A DNA stretch of 64,000 nt, taken from positions 706,788-770,787 of the forward strand of contig CBDCMS010000003.1 in assembly GCA_965219005.1 (NCBI GenBank), written 5' to 3'. This stretch comes from Acidobacteriota bacterium (GTDB lineage Bacteria; Acidobacteriota; UBA6911; RPQK01; JAJDTT01). Of the stretch, positions 19,179-29,447 are shown piece by piece; position 1 is the first letter of the stretch; every line of letters starts with the position of its first letter. The notes under the pieces are model-generated. The model ran no database searches. It had not been told where the DNA came from and saw only the letters and a program-made list of their open reading frames with translations. The position numbers were made by a program, and so were the translations under genes.

Positions 19179-21368
19179 ATGGGGCAGTTCGCGAGTTCAG
19201 CCACGGGCCTCCCCTTACTGGCGAGAGGCTCTGCATCAGACGGGGGACCATTGCTAGGGCCGCAGTCGAGAGTATCCAGCAAGCGATGCACGATTGGAGT
19301 GTGGTCGTTTGCCTTAGTTGGCAAGAAATTGAACCACGCGGAGGTGCGCTCGGCGATCAAAGAACTGGCTGAAACGGGAACGGACCTGATCTCACTGCAA
19401 GTTTATGAAGCCTACCTTGGAAAACTATGTTACCGATCACGACGGTACCCTGACTTTGTTCTGGTCGAGCAAGCCGATACAACGCGCGCAATGTATGAAG
19501 CGTGTGTCGAAAATGGGATTCGAATCTGGCTACACTGTGACGAACGAGCCGCGCCGTACGGTAGCGCACTCCAAAAACATTTTGCAGATTGCTCGGAGCG
19601 AAACGCCCAAGGAGAATTGTGCCCCATGTGGGACGGCGTTTTGTTCTGTCTTCACTCGCGATATCGAAATTTCCTGAAGGACGTATACCAAGAGGCATTG
19701 GAGCTATTCCCTGAAGTTGAGGGCGTGGTAGTCGTTGATGAAGGTGGCTTCGTAGTCGGAAATGAAGGCTACTGTACACGCTGCCTCACGAAATTTCGTC
19801 AGAAATATGGCCTCGATCCACCTTTAGACCCTGACTGGCTCGACCTTGAAGGCCGGTGGTGGCAGTTCATCCGCGAACGCCTGGCCTGGTGGACCGAGTA
19901 CGTCGACTTTCTCGCCAAGGCGTGTAAGGAGGTCAGACCAGATGTTCATACGGCCGTCATGCTTAATCCTCACGGGCTTGAACAGCCTTCCCTGGCCGGC
20001 GTGGATTGGTGGGAGATCGCAAGACTCAACTCGGTCGACTCGATTGGAACAGCCTTTCATTTCCGGCATGAGCATCATCCGGTGGCTGTCGCCAGAGCTG
20101 CAGCCTTCGTCACACAAATAGCCCGACGGGCGGGAAAGTCTGCGTTCCTGAAGTTGGCTGCTCACCGCGAAATATCACATAAGGATCTCCTATTTAGCGC
20201 CTACCACTCGGCTGCTGGTGGGGTGGATACGATCTTGTTTGTCAATCTTGAGACGCTGGTATCTGCCCCCGGCACCCAGATAGCCCTCGGGACTATTTGT
20301 ACCAGGATTAGGGACGTACGGTTACACTCTTGTGAGCAGTCCCCGGCTTCCTACGCGGGCTTGTGGTTCTCGCAATCAGAGTTTTACACGTATTGGGGCG
20401 ATCTAGCCACAGGCTACAATGCGGAGCATATGGGCCTGTTTCAAGCCGCGGCCTTAAATTCTCTACCTGTTCAGTTTGTTTTTGACGAAGACTTGGAACG
20501 AAGCTTGTCGCAAGATCTACGCGTCCTCGTGTTCGTAGTTCCAACCGAAATCACTTCCACTCAAGTTCAAATGCTCCAACGATTCGTTAGCGCGGGCCAC
20601 GGTATCGTCGGCGTGGCAGTCAACATGAACTCTCCTTCAGCAAGCGTGCGTCGCCTTCTAACAGACTTGTTTCGCTGTCGCTATCAAGGACTCACGGGAC
20701 CCATCACCTGCATAAGGTATCCGGACCACTCCAAGATGTTCACAACAGAACTACCGACTGACGACCTCCCAGTGTACCAATCGCCCACCAAAGGAGGAGC
20801 GTTCAATTACTTTTCTGGGAGAGGGACGCTTCGGCAGGGGTACAAACGGCCGGCTCTCGTTCTGTTGCCGGGATCCCGACCAGTAGCGTCGCTGGTGGAT
20901 GATGACGGAGTGACCTGGCCCGGCGTGGTCGTGGCACATCATGGAAAAGGAAGGGTTGTCCTACTCGCTGAACCGTTGGGCACTATGGTGAGCAACCTCG
21001 CTGAGCACGCGACGGGGCTGGACTCGCATTGGTTACGATGGGGAAAGGAAGCAGGTCGCGTTCTGGCTGATTGTTTTAGCTGGGCGGCTGCCACTCCTCC
21101 TCCAATTACGGTTTCCTCTCTCAGAGGTAATATTTCTTCTCACATGTCGCGACAAGATGGAGCCATTCGAGTGAGGATGGTGAACAACGACTATTTCCAA
21201 GCGGACAGGGTGACGGTAAAAGCTTCTCTGCAGTATTACTCAGATAAGAAACCTACTGCCCTGGGTTTCGATAGCGTGAATGTTACCAAGGACAACGGGC
21301 ACATCACACTGGAAGGTTGGATAAGCCCGGCTGATGCCGTGACCGTTGAATTTTCTGGACCGCTATAG
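19179..21368 (+). CDS. GH42-like protein, duplicate of 3831..6020
   Basis: 729 aa, differing at one residue (E versus G near the C-terminus). Confidence 0.5.
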   Translation: MGQFASSATGLPLLARGSASDGGPLLGPQSRVSSKRCTIGVWSFALVGKKLNHAEVRSAIKELAETGTDLISLQVYEAYLGKLCYRSRRYPDFVLVEQADTTRAMYEACVENGIRIWLHCDERAAPYGSALQKHFADCSERNAQGELCPMWDGVLFCLHSRYRNFLKDVYQEALELFPEVEGVVVVDEGGFVVGNEGYCTRCLTKFRQKYGLDPPLDPDWLDLEGRWWQFIRERLAWWTEYVDFLAKACKEVRPDVHTAVMLNPHGLEQPSLAGVDWWEIARLNSVDSIGTAFHFRHEHHPVAVARAAAFVTQIARRAGKSAFLKLAAHREISHKDLLFSAYHSAAGGVDTILFVNLETLVSAPGTQIALGTICTRIRDVRLHSCEQSPASYAGLWFSQSEFYTYWGDLATGYNAEHMGLFQAAALNSLPVQFVFDEDLERSLSQDLRVLVFVVPTEITSTQVQMLQRFVSAGHGIVGVAVNMNSPSASVRRLLTDLFRCRYQGLTGPITCIRYPDHSKMFTTELPTDDLPVYQSPTKGGAFNYFSGRGTLRQGYKRPALVLLPGSRPVASLVDDDGVTWPGVVVAHHGKGRVVLLAEPLGTMVSNLAEHATGLDSHWLRWGKEAGRVLADCFSWAAATPPPITVSSLRGNISSHMSRQDGAIRVRMVNNDYFQADRVTVKASLQYYSDKKPTALGFDSVNVTKDNGHITLEGWISPADAVTVEFSGPL

Positions 21369-21399
21369 GGCCCGATTTCAGTCCCCTCTTCATCGGGGG

Positions 21400-21590
21400 A
21401 TGCCTCCAGTGGGCCGGACTCGGAGGAACTCTCACCCGCCGAGTGCTTCTCCCAGCAGCGGCGGCGCAGCTGGGCGCGGCTGTCGCCCAAGATTCATGAG
21501 ATCGATCCTTTGAGATATCCCCAATGCGGCGGCGCCTTTGAAATCATCGCGGGGATCGTAACACCCAGCATCGCTGCGCTCGCCCGGAAT
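21400..21590 (+). pseudogene. Remnant of the C-terminal zinc-ribbon region of an IS91/ISCR-like (HUH Y2) transposase
   Basis: It translates to ...ARLSPKIHEIDPLRYPQCGGAFEIIAGIV. This is related to the second remnant at 43547..43820 (DPLKCPQCGGAMKIISFI). There is no upstream catalytic domain. Confidence 0.35.
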
Positions 21591-21592
21591 CT

Positions 21593-23098
21593 CTACTCGA
21601 TCCAAAAGGAGAACAAGCGGGCATTGTAGAGGCGAAACCGGAAGCGAACGCGTTGTCCCTGCAGGGAGCTGAGATCCTTCTGCCCCGTCCACTTGACTTC
21701 TGCTCGCAGATGATCGCCTTGAATGGATCGACACCGATCCCGGCTCCGGCCTTCCAGGATCTGGCGGCCCCGTTCGTTCACCACCTCCACCCGCAGTTCG
21801 CCCTCGCTGGCGTCGGCATTGACGAACAACCGAGCTCCGTCGAAGCTCAGGGCCCGGGTCTCCACGAAACCGCCCTTTTCGTCGGAGGCAAAGTAAGCAA
21901 AGCGGTCCCGCTTGAGCTTGGCCAGATGGACGGCTCCCCGGTAGGGGTCGTCCGTCTGGAAGCGGTGGTTCACACCCGTGTAGTAGAACCAGAGCTCGTC
22001 TCCGCGAACAAGCGGTCGGGACGCCGCCAGCAGCTGGCCGGTGTCGATGGCCCCGCCGCCCACTTCTGAAACCGGAATAAAGGATCCCCGACCGCCGACC
22101 TTGACCCAGTTCCTCAGATCCCGGCTGGTGGAGAGCTTGATCGAGTTGACGCCCTCCTGATTCCGGTTGGGACTGTGCCCGCTGGACTCGAAAAAAGTAG
22201 GCAGGCCGATATAGATGCCCTCATAGGGGAAGACCGGCATGTTGTATATCTCGGCATTGTAGTGTGCGGGCTGGTTGACGGTCATCAACCGGAGCCGGGG
22301 ATTGGAGAGGTGGTCTCGGACTCGCTTCTCGCCCAGCAGCTGGTCGTAGGCGTCGGCGTGGAAGATCAACTCGGGGTCGGTCCAGTTCTCGAAATCCTTG
22401 CTCAGGGACAGGTAGACCGAGCGTCCGAATGGCCCCCGGTGCTTGACGGTGACAATGAAGCGCTTCCTGACCTCGTCGTAAACCAGATGAGACTCATCCT
22501 GGCTGGGTATGATCGGAACCTCCAGCCGGGTGAACACATAGCCATCAGCCGATACCACCGGATGCCGATCCCTGGGGCCGATCAACCCCTTGTATCTCCG
22601 CTCCCCAGAACCGTTCGGATCCAGCAGAACGTGCTGAACGAAGGCCTCGGGATCGTCTCTGACCAGGATGAGGTTGTTGTTCTTGGAACCCTCAAACTCC
22701 CGCTTGCCCAAAGAAGGCTTCTCCCAGGTGATTCCGTCCTTGGACCGGGCAAACGCCGTCCTGTGGTTGGAGTAGTACCACATCTTCCAGACTTGTTCCT
22801 GGGGATCCCAACAGGGAGCGCTGCGAATCTTGGCACCTTTCGTCAATCCGGGATTCCAGTCGGGACCCGGAAACTGCTCCCAGGGCTTGTCGGGGATAAC
22901 TACGGGGTTGCCTTCGTACTTCACGGGCCTGTTGACCCGGCGTTCAACCCGGTAAAGGGATCCCACCAGGTAGTCGTCCAAAAGCAGCTGATGTTGTCCC
23001 GTGGGCAGGTGGACACGTCCCGGTGGCTTCGCCCCTTCGAGACCAACTATCAGCCATGACATCGCGAGAACAAAAGCCAGGTATCTTTGTTGCTTCAT
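21593..23098 (-). CDS. Family A protein, divergent member ending ...RFRFRLYNARLFSFWIE
   Basis: The likely start is the MKQQRYLAFVLAMSWLIVG signal peptide; the ORF track extends upstream to 23371. Motifs SKDGITW and DRFAYF. Confidence 0.75.
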   Translation of the reverse strand: MKQQRYLAFVLAMSWLIVGLEGAKPPGRVHLPTGQHQLLLDDYLVGSLYRVERRVNRPVKYEGNPVVIPDKPWEQFPGPDWNPGLTKGAKIRSAPCWDPQEQVWKMWYYSNHRTAFARSKDGITWEKPSLGKREFEGSKNNNLILVRDDPEAFVQHVLLDPNGSGERRYKGLIGPRDRHPVVSADGYVFTRLEVPIIPSQDESHLVYDEVRKRFIVTVKHRGPFGRSVYLSLSKDFENWTDPELIFHADAYDQLLGEKRVRDHLSNPRLRLMTVNQPAHYNAEIYNMPVFPYEGIYIGLPTFFESSGHSPNRNQEGVNSIKLSTSRDLRNWVKVGGRGSFIPVSEVGGGAIDTGQLLAASRPLVRGDELWFYYTGVNHRFQTDDPYRGAVHLAKLKRDRFAYFASDEKGGFVETRALSFDGARLFVNADASEGELRVEVVNERGRQILEGRSRDRCRSIQGDHLRAEVKWTGQKDLSSLQGQRVRFRFRLYNARLFSFWIE

Positions 23099-23736
23099 AG
23101 CCATCTCCATCAACTCCTGTCGGGCCAGCTTAAGTTGATAGAGGAGGTTTGCCTCAACCTCTCGCCCGAAGGAGCGGTGAGGGAATTTCGGGGGCAGCTT
23201 TTGGGGATGCCAAGAACAAAACGACAGGGATGCCGCATCTTCTAGCTTGAAAACGAGAGACCCTCCTCTAATTAAGAAGCTGCCACTCTGGCGCTTGCGC
23301 CCGCTTGAATCCCGGTTCGGCCAAACCTCTGCCCTCGGCTCGTCGAATGGCTTTTCGGGAAGCCTCTTCATCTGGCTTCAACCCTCCCACGGGGCGCGTT
23401 AGTCTTCGGACTCACCCTGAAACTGAAGGCGACTGGCCTCATGGTCTTTGCCCCGGAAGTCGGTCCATTGTACAGGTGTTTCCTGTCGCGAGAAGAATAG
23501 TTGTTGACAACTTCCGGTTTCAAGGGACAAGGTTGTGGCATTCTGGCTCGAATTGCGAAGCGACGCCAGTTCAACTAGCACCCTGCCACCCAGGATCGTC
23601 TTCGACATCCCATCGGCGTGGCGGAAGAAGGGCAACTCATAGATGGTCGAGTTGTAGAACGTATTGGAACGGTCCGAGCGCATCGGCGACTTCATCGTAG
23701 CCAGAAAGCGGGGGAGCCGACGGGGTTCAGGTCGCA

Positions 23737-24370
23737 TTGCCGTTCTGGATGGAGGTACCGGACGCAGCCATCCTGGGCTTTTTCCGTGCAGTGTCCAACG
23801 CGGCAGGCCATCTGCCTTTGTCAATCTACGAGAGTCGGCGCGCGAAGAAGTCGCTGACACTCGAGCAGCACCGGTCAATCAAGGACGAGCTGCCCAATTA
23901 CCTCAAGGTGAAATCCGGCTCGGGTACGCTCGGCACCACGGTGGACGGCTGCGCCGCCTTGACCGCGCTCGGCGTTAATGTCTTCAGCGACGAGGGCGAG
24001 ACTTGGCTGAAGCTAGGACCGCACGGCGTCGCTGGATGCTGCAGCTCGTTCGTCTATTATGTTCCGGACATCGTGCTCCCGCTCAATCGTGACCTTGCAG
24101 AGCGGAACTGGGAGCGGCTCGGGCAAGGCACCGCAAAAATTGCACGGGATTCTCGATTTCGTAATTGGGTCGTTCGGATCACGTGGTTACTATGATTCCG
24201 CGATCGACCGCCTCGGTGGTGTCGCTGGCGGCATTCTACGAACGAGCCTGGCCTGTCGCCCCCCCTATCCGCACGCCACCGACGATGACGTGCGAGCGTT
24301 CCGCGCATGGTACCGGGAAAACCTCCCGGAAGTATTCGCCGGCATCGAGGCAAAGCAAAGGTTTATCTAA
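23737..24370 (+). pseudogene. Hypothetical protein split across two overlapping frames (23737..24195 and 24059..24370); possible frameshifted gene
   Basis: Both frames look protein-like across the overlap. No family recognised. Confidence 0.25.
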
Positions 24371-24767
24371 GGGTCTGCGGTTGACGGTTGGGAAGTAGAT
24401 TACGGCATTCGGTTTCAACTGAATAACGGTCATGCCGATCTGATTGCTACATATTCTAACGCCGAATCGCGGACCGCCGCTGATCCGACCCTTTCAGCCT
24501 TTCATTTTGTGCCTGAGAAAGTTGGCGAAATATAGTTGGACGAGCGGTTCATTGACAGGTTTTAGCGGTCGGAGGCGGCCTCGTTGAACAGGGTACGAAG
24601 CGAAGATCGTTAAGGGATATCGAAACGCCAACCTTGCCAACGTATTTGCGCGCTATGAATGGGGGCGAACATTGGGGGATTCAACTTTGTCTCACTCGGC
24701 GGGAGCTTTCGATCGTGTCACGCAATGGCGTATGTTCTGGCGTGACTCTTGGGTTACAGTGATACCG

Positions 24768-26309
24768 ATGAATGCACAATCGTTGACTCGGAGCAAATTT
24801 CTAACCTATTCCTGGATAGTCTTAGCTCTTGTCGGCGCGACATTTGGATACCCGCAGGAAAAACTGGAACTCAAACCGGGCGTCAAGCAGCTATTCCTTG
24901 ACGATTATCTGATAAATGAGGTGCACAACCTCAGGCAGGTGTTGCATCAACCGGAGAAGATTTCAGCCGAGCCCGTGATTCGACCGGAGCATTCTTGGGA
25001 GAGTGTAAATGCAAGTACACGAAGCGCCCCGTTTTGGGACCCCGCGGAGCAGGTTTGGAAGCTCTATTACATGTGCAATTCCGAGAACAAGGTTTCTGGG
25101 GAAGCTCGAGGGGGGCAGTGCCTGGCGATTTCCAAGGACGGGCTGCATTGGACGAAGCCTAAACTCGGCCTCGTTGAGCGGGACGGATCGAAGGACAACA
25201 ATATCGTGGCCGAGCAACTCTACCAAGTTATCTTCGATGCGAGCGGTGGGAGCGAGCGTTACAAAGGGTTTTTCGGTTCATCGGGGCGAAAGCCCGCTAT
25301 TTCCGCAGACGGTCTGCACTGGCGGATGCTGGAAGTTCCGCTGATCCCGAGTAGGGATGAATCGCAGCTGATCTACGACGAACTGGCGGGGCAATATCTC
25401 GCCACTGTGAAACATGAGGGACCGTACGGGCGATCCGTTTATCTCACGACGAGCCGGGATTTTCGCGAATGGTCCACGCCGCGCCTAATCTTTCACGCTG
25501 ACGGCGAAGATCAGGATAGGAGTCGCAAACGAATCTCGGGGAGACTAACTGACGCGCGTTTTGCGCCGCTAACCCTCAATCGACCTGGAGATTACAACGT
25601 AGATGTCTACAACATGCCAGTGTTCCCATACGGAGGGATCTACATAGGCACTCCGATGTTTTTTAATCAGAGCGGGCCGACGCCGATCGGAAACTCCGAG
25701 GGGTTTCACCATGTGGAGTTGGTCACGAGCCGCGACCTGATTCGATGGGAGCGCGTGGCGGGTCGAGTGCCGTTCATGGAGACCTCGCATGTTGGTAGCG
25801 GCGCGTATGACACGGTTCAGTTGGTTCCTGCGAATCGCCCCGTGGTCCGGGACGACGAATTGTGGTTCTATCATGCCGGAAACAAGTATCGCTTCAATCC
25901 CGATACGATACGTACGCGACCTGATGGATCGAAAACCTGGGGTTTCCCAGATGACACCGGAGCGATCTATGTTTCCCGACTGCGCTTGGACGGCTTCGTC
26001 TCGCTGGATGCCGGGGAGTTGAACGGCGAATTACTTACCCGCCCTCTTATTCTGCGGGGCCGCCTGCTAATGGTAAACGCACATGTGCGGGACGGCGGGT
26101 TTCTCCGCGCCGAGATTCTGGATGCCACCGGGCGAAGGACGATGGAAGGATTCTCGCTCGTAAATGCGACCGCTCTAGCCGGCGATCAGTTACGCGCGCC
26201 ACTATCGTGGCAGGTCGGCAAAGATCTTGGTGCGCTGGCCGGCCAGGAGGTGCGGCTGCGCTTCGTCTTCCGCGAAGCCAGTCTCTATGCGTTCTGGTTG
26301 GCGGAGTGA
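24768..26309 (+). CDS. Family A protein, subfamily A2 (ends ...VRLRFVFREASLYAFWLAE)
   Basis: Signal-peptide region FLTYSWIVLALVGATFG; the ORF track starts at 24672. Motifs LELKPGVKQLFLDDYLI, SKDGLHW and DGFVSLDAG. Confidence 0.8.
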   Translation: MNAQSLTRSKFLTYSWIVLALVGATFGYPQEKLELKPGVKQLFLDDYLINEVHNLRQVLHQPEKISAEPVIRPEHSWESVNASTRSAPFWDPAEQVWKLYYMCNSENKVSGEARGGQCLAISKDGLHWTKPKLGLVERDGSKDNNIVAEQLYQVIFDASGGSERYKGFFGSSGRKPAISADGLHWRMLEVPLIPSRDESQLIYDELAGQYLATVKHEGPYGRSVYLTTSRDFREWSTPRLIFHADGEDQDRSRKRISGRLTDARFAPLTLNRPGDYNVDVYNMPVFPYGGIYIGTPMFFNQSGPTPIGNSEGFHHVELVTSRDLIRWERVAGRVPFMETSHVGSGAYDTVQLVPANRPVVRDDELWFYHAGNKYRFNPDTIRTRPDGSKTWGFPDDTGAIYVSRLRLDGFVSLDAGELNGELLTRPLILRGRLLMVNAHVRDGGFLRAEILDATGRRTMEGFSLVNATALAGDQLRAPLSWQVGKDLGALAGQEVRLRFVFREASLYAFWLAE

Positions 26310-26393
26310 ATCTAAACGGAAGTGAGTGTGCTACCAAACACAAACCGACTTGTGAATTGACGCCGCCGATTGGCGGCTTAACTATGGAAAAGC

Positions 26394-27989
26394 ATGAACA
26401 CTTGGGTGTATCAGTCATCAGCTCTGTTTGTGTTGGCAGTCTTATTTACGGCACCACACGTCAAGGCTAGTGAGGATTCGGTCCGCAACATTGGTTCACG
26501 GTTGGAGCTTTTCGTAGATCATTATCTGATTGAACGAATGGAAGGCGCTCGACTCAAGCTCCACGAGCCGCGACGGGAAGAAGTAGTCTTCAATACGGAC
26601 GGTTATGTGGGATATACGACAGTTATCAAGGATCGCGAATCCTATCGGCTGTACTACAGTTGGAGGGATCCACGGCGCACGGATGATGATGAAAGGCCAA
26701 GCTTCCCCGAAGGGAAAGAAGATGTTGTCACTCGTTATGCCGAGAGCTCTGATGGTATCCATTGGACAAAACCCAAGCTGAGCCTCTTCGTGGTGCAAGG
26801 CTCGCTCGATAATAATGTGGTCCTGGGGGGCCAGTCGTGGATTTCTAAAACCTTCAGCCCCTTCCGCGACACTCGCGTTGGTGTGCCTGTTTCGGAGCGG
26901 TTCAAGGCGTTGGGGGGGGCGTTCCATTCACCGAATGAGCCCCGCCTGGGCGGTTTGATGGCCTTGGTCTCCGCCGATGGAATTCATTGGAAGCAGCTCC
27001 GCGCAAGGCCGGTCATTAACGAATGGCATTATCCGCATCCGACAGATACCGATCAGCCCGCTGTCTTTTGGTCAGAGAGTGAAGAGCGCTACGTCTGTTA
27101 TCCCCGAGTTCGGATGAAGAATTCCAAGGAATTTGCTCACGAAGACGTATATAAGATTGGCTACCGTTGGATTGGGCGAAGCACGTCGAAGGACTTTATC
27201 AATTGGACAAAGGTGGAGCCGATGGATGTGGGGGACGCACCTGTAGAAGAGTTCTACCACAACCAGACGCATCCTTACTTTCGCGCCCCCCACATCTACA
27301 TTGCCTTGCCCGTACGATTCATGGGAGCACCCCTAAACCCCGGACGACGAGCCTTGACGGTGTCACAACTCAACGAGGTGCTGGCTGATCCCGTAGCACC
27401 GGGGAAGGCCTATAAATCCACTATGGCACTGGAGTTCACAGACATCGTGTTGCTGACTTCTCGAGGTGGTAACCGATATGATCGTACTTTTGCAGAAGCC
27501 CTTATCCGCCCTGGGCTTGATTTACGCAACTGGACCAACCGGGCCAACTATTCAACCTTGGGGGTTGTGCCGACGGGTCCCAGCGAGATGTCAATTTACA
27601 TGAAGCAGTATGGTCATTATTCATGGAGAGGGCGTATTCCGTCTGGCCATATTCGACGCTTTGCATTGCGCACTGATGGCTTTGTCTCTGTGAATGCTCC
27701 CTTCGGCGGTGGCGAGATTGTAACCAAGCCTTTGACCTTTTCTGGCAAGGAATTGGCAATTAACTATTCGACCTCTGCTCCTGGTAGCGTTCGAGTAGAA
27801 ATACAGGACAAGTTCGGCCAACCACTGGCCGGTTATTCGTTGGCAGAAGCTAGTGAGATTATTGGCGACCAGATTGAGCGAGTAGTTTCATGGAAGGAGG
27901 GTTCGGACGTAAGCAAACTAGCTGGGAAATCGATTCGGCTGCGTTTTGTAATGAAGGACGCTGACTTGTATTCCATCCGATTCAAGTGA
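26394..27989 (+). CDS. Family A protein, subfamily A1-like (ends IRLRFVMKDADLYSIRFK)
   Basis: Signal peptide MNTWVYQSSALFVLAVLFTAPHVKA. Motifs IGSRLELFVDHYLIE, SSDGIHW and DGFVSVNAPFGGGE. Lower GC than its neighbours. Confidence 0.8.
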   Translation: MNTWVYQSSALFVLAVLFTAPHVKASEDSVRNIGSRLELFVDHYLIERMEGARLKLHEPRREEVVFNTDGYVGYTTVIKDRESYRLYYSWRDPRRTDDDERPSFPEGKEDVVTRYAESSDGIHWTKPKLSLFVVQGSLDNNVVLGGQSWISKTFSPFRDTRVGVPVSERFKALGGAFHSPNEPRLGGLMALVSADGIHWKQLRARPVINEWHYPHPTDTDQPAVFWSESEERYVCYPRVRMKNSKEFAHEDVYKIGYRWIGRSTSKDFINWTKVEPMDVGDAPVEEFYHNQTHPYFRAPHIYIALPVRFMGAPLNPGRRALTVSQLNEVLADPVAPGKAYKSTMALEFTDIVLLTSRGGNRYDRTFAEALIRPGLDLRNWTNRANYSTLGVVPTGPSEMSIYMKQYGHYSWRGRIPSGHIRRFALRTDGFVSVNAPFGGGEIVTKPLTFSGKELAINYSTSAPGSVRVEIQDKFGQPLAGYSLAEASEIIGDQIERVVSWKEGSDVSKLAGKSIRLRFVMKDADLYSIRFK

Positions 27990-28006
27990 GGTCAATCGCG
28001 GCCGAT

Positions 28007-28026
28007 ATTGTCTCCTACGAGACAAT
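28007..28026 (+). terminator. Candidate intrinsic-terminator hairpin downstream of 26394..27989
   Basis: Perfect 8-bp stem attgtctc/gagacaat with a 4-nt loop, followed by tcgtttgtg. Confidence 0.3.
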
Positions 28027-28093
28027 TCGTTTGTGGTGTCTGAAGTTCCGGCCTGAATATGCCCGAAAACTTCGAAGTAAACACAGAGGTTAT

Positions 28094-29437
28094 CACTAGT
28101 GTCCAAACGTTGTTCTATCGCACAACTCTAAGTTACTGGTAAGAATTGTTTTAACATCGAAATCCAATTTTTTCGATACTTTTTGATATGAAACTGTGGC
28201 AGGTGCCGACCCGGTTCTCCAATCCTGTGGCCTGCAAGCCGATAGGATGCCTAGATGGATATGCGCAGAACCGTCTTTGCCCAGCTGATGGATTGCGTCC
28301 CCAGGTATCAATTTCAACTCTGTGCTCAACGCTACCGAGGAGATTACAAGATAAAAGACTTCTCCTGCTGGAAGCAGTGGCTGTGTATGGTCTTCGCCCA
28401 GCTGACCTATCGCGAGAGTCTGCGGGATATCGAAGCCACGCTAGGTTCGGTTGCAGGCAGACTCTACCACATGGGAATTCGAGGCCGCGTGGCCCGCAGC
28501 TCTTTGGCCCATACCAACGAGAATCGGGATTGGCGCATTTATGCCGATTTCGCTCAAGTCTTGATCCAAGAGGCACGGACTTTGTACGCAGGCGAGCCCT
28601 TTGCCGTGGAACTGGAAAAAACGGTCTACGCGCTCGATTCCACCACCATCGATCTGTGTCTTTCGGTGTTCCCTTGGGCCCGCTTCCGCAAACGCAAAGG
28701 AGCCATCAAACTGCATACTTTGCTCGACTTACGTGGCAACATCCCCACCTTTGTCGAGGTCACCGAGGGGCGGGTTCACGACGTCAATATCCTCGACTAT
28801 CTGCTGGTCCAACCCGGCTCCATTTACATCCTGGATCGCGGCTATCTCGATTTCGCACGTCTTTATCGGCTGCACCAGAGTTCCGGTTTCTTCATCATTC
28901 GTGCCCACCAGCGCCTGAATTTCCGCCGTCTGTACTCCCATCGTGTCGACAAGAGCATCGGGCTAAGAAGCGATCAAACCGGGGTCCTGAGCGGCCGTTA
29001 CACGGCCAACAAGTACCCCGACAAACTCCGACGAGTCCGCTACTACGACGCCGAGACCCAAAAACACTTGGTCTTCTTGAGCAACAACTTTTCCCTGACT
29101 GCCCTCACTGTCGCCCAGCTGTACCGTTGCCGCTGGCGCGTGGAACTTTTCTTCAAATGGATCAAGCAACACCTGCGCATCAAAGCCTTCTATGGGACTT
29201 CTCCGAACGCCGTCAAAACTCAGATCTGGATCGCCATCTCCGTGTATATCCTCGTTGCCATCCTGAAAAAACGCCTGAAATTGGAGCTGAGCCTCTACAC
29301 AACTCTACAGATTCTCAGCCTGACTGTTTTCGAGAAAACCCCATTAATTCAAGTACTTACCAGCTTCGATTACAGGAACCACCAGGGAGGTTCATGTAAC
29401 CAGTTGAATCTATTTGACTTATGATTGGACACTAGTG
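28094..29437 (+). mobile_element. Intact IS4-family insertion sequence (1344 bp) with 13-bp terminal inverted repeats and a perfect 9-bp target-site duplication
   Basis: Inverted repeats cactagtgtccaa at 28094..28106 and ttggacactagtg at 29425..29437. The 9-bp duplication agaggttat occurs at 28085..28093 and 29438..29446. Confidence 0.85.
28255..29424 (+). CDS. IS4-family DDE transposase
   Basis: The C-terminal motif YRCRWRVELFFKWIKQHLRIKAFYGTSPNAVKTQIWIAISVYIL is typical of the DDE_Tnp_1/IS4 family. 389 aa. Confidence 0.85.
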   Translation: MDMRRTVFAQLMDCVPRYQFQLCAQRYRGDYKIKDFSCWKQWLCMVFAQLTYRESLRDIEATLGSVAGRLYHMGIRGRVARSSLAHTNENRDWRIYADFAQVLIQEARTLYAGEPFAVELEKTVYALDSTTIDLCLSVFPWARFRKRKGAIKLHTLLDLRGNIPTFVEVTEGRVHDVNILDYLLVQPGSIYILDRGYLDFARLYRLHQSSGFFIIRAHQRLNFRRLYSHRVDKSIGLRSDQTGVLSGRYTANKYPDKLRRVRYYDAETQKHLVFLSNNFSLTALTVAQLYRCRWRVELFFKWIKQHLRIKAFYGTSPNAVKTQIWIAISVYILVAILKKRLKLELSLYTTLQILSLTVFEKTPLIQVLTSFDYRNHQGGSCNQLNLFDL

Positions 29438-29447
29438 AGAGGTTATT

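Larger units (their letters stand above)
17510..21372. repeat. Segmental duplication copy 2 (direct repeat of 1819..6024)
   Basis: Same evidence as copy 1. Confidence 0.9.
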
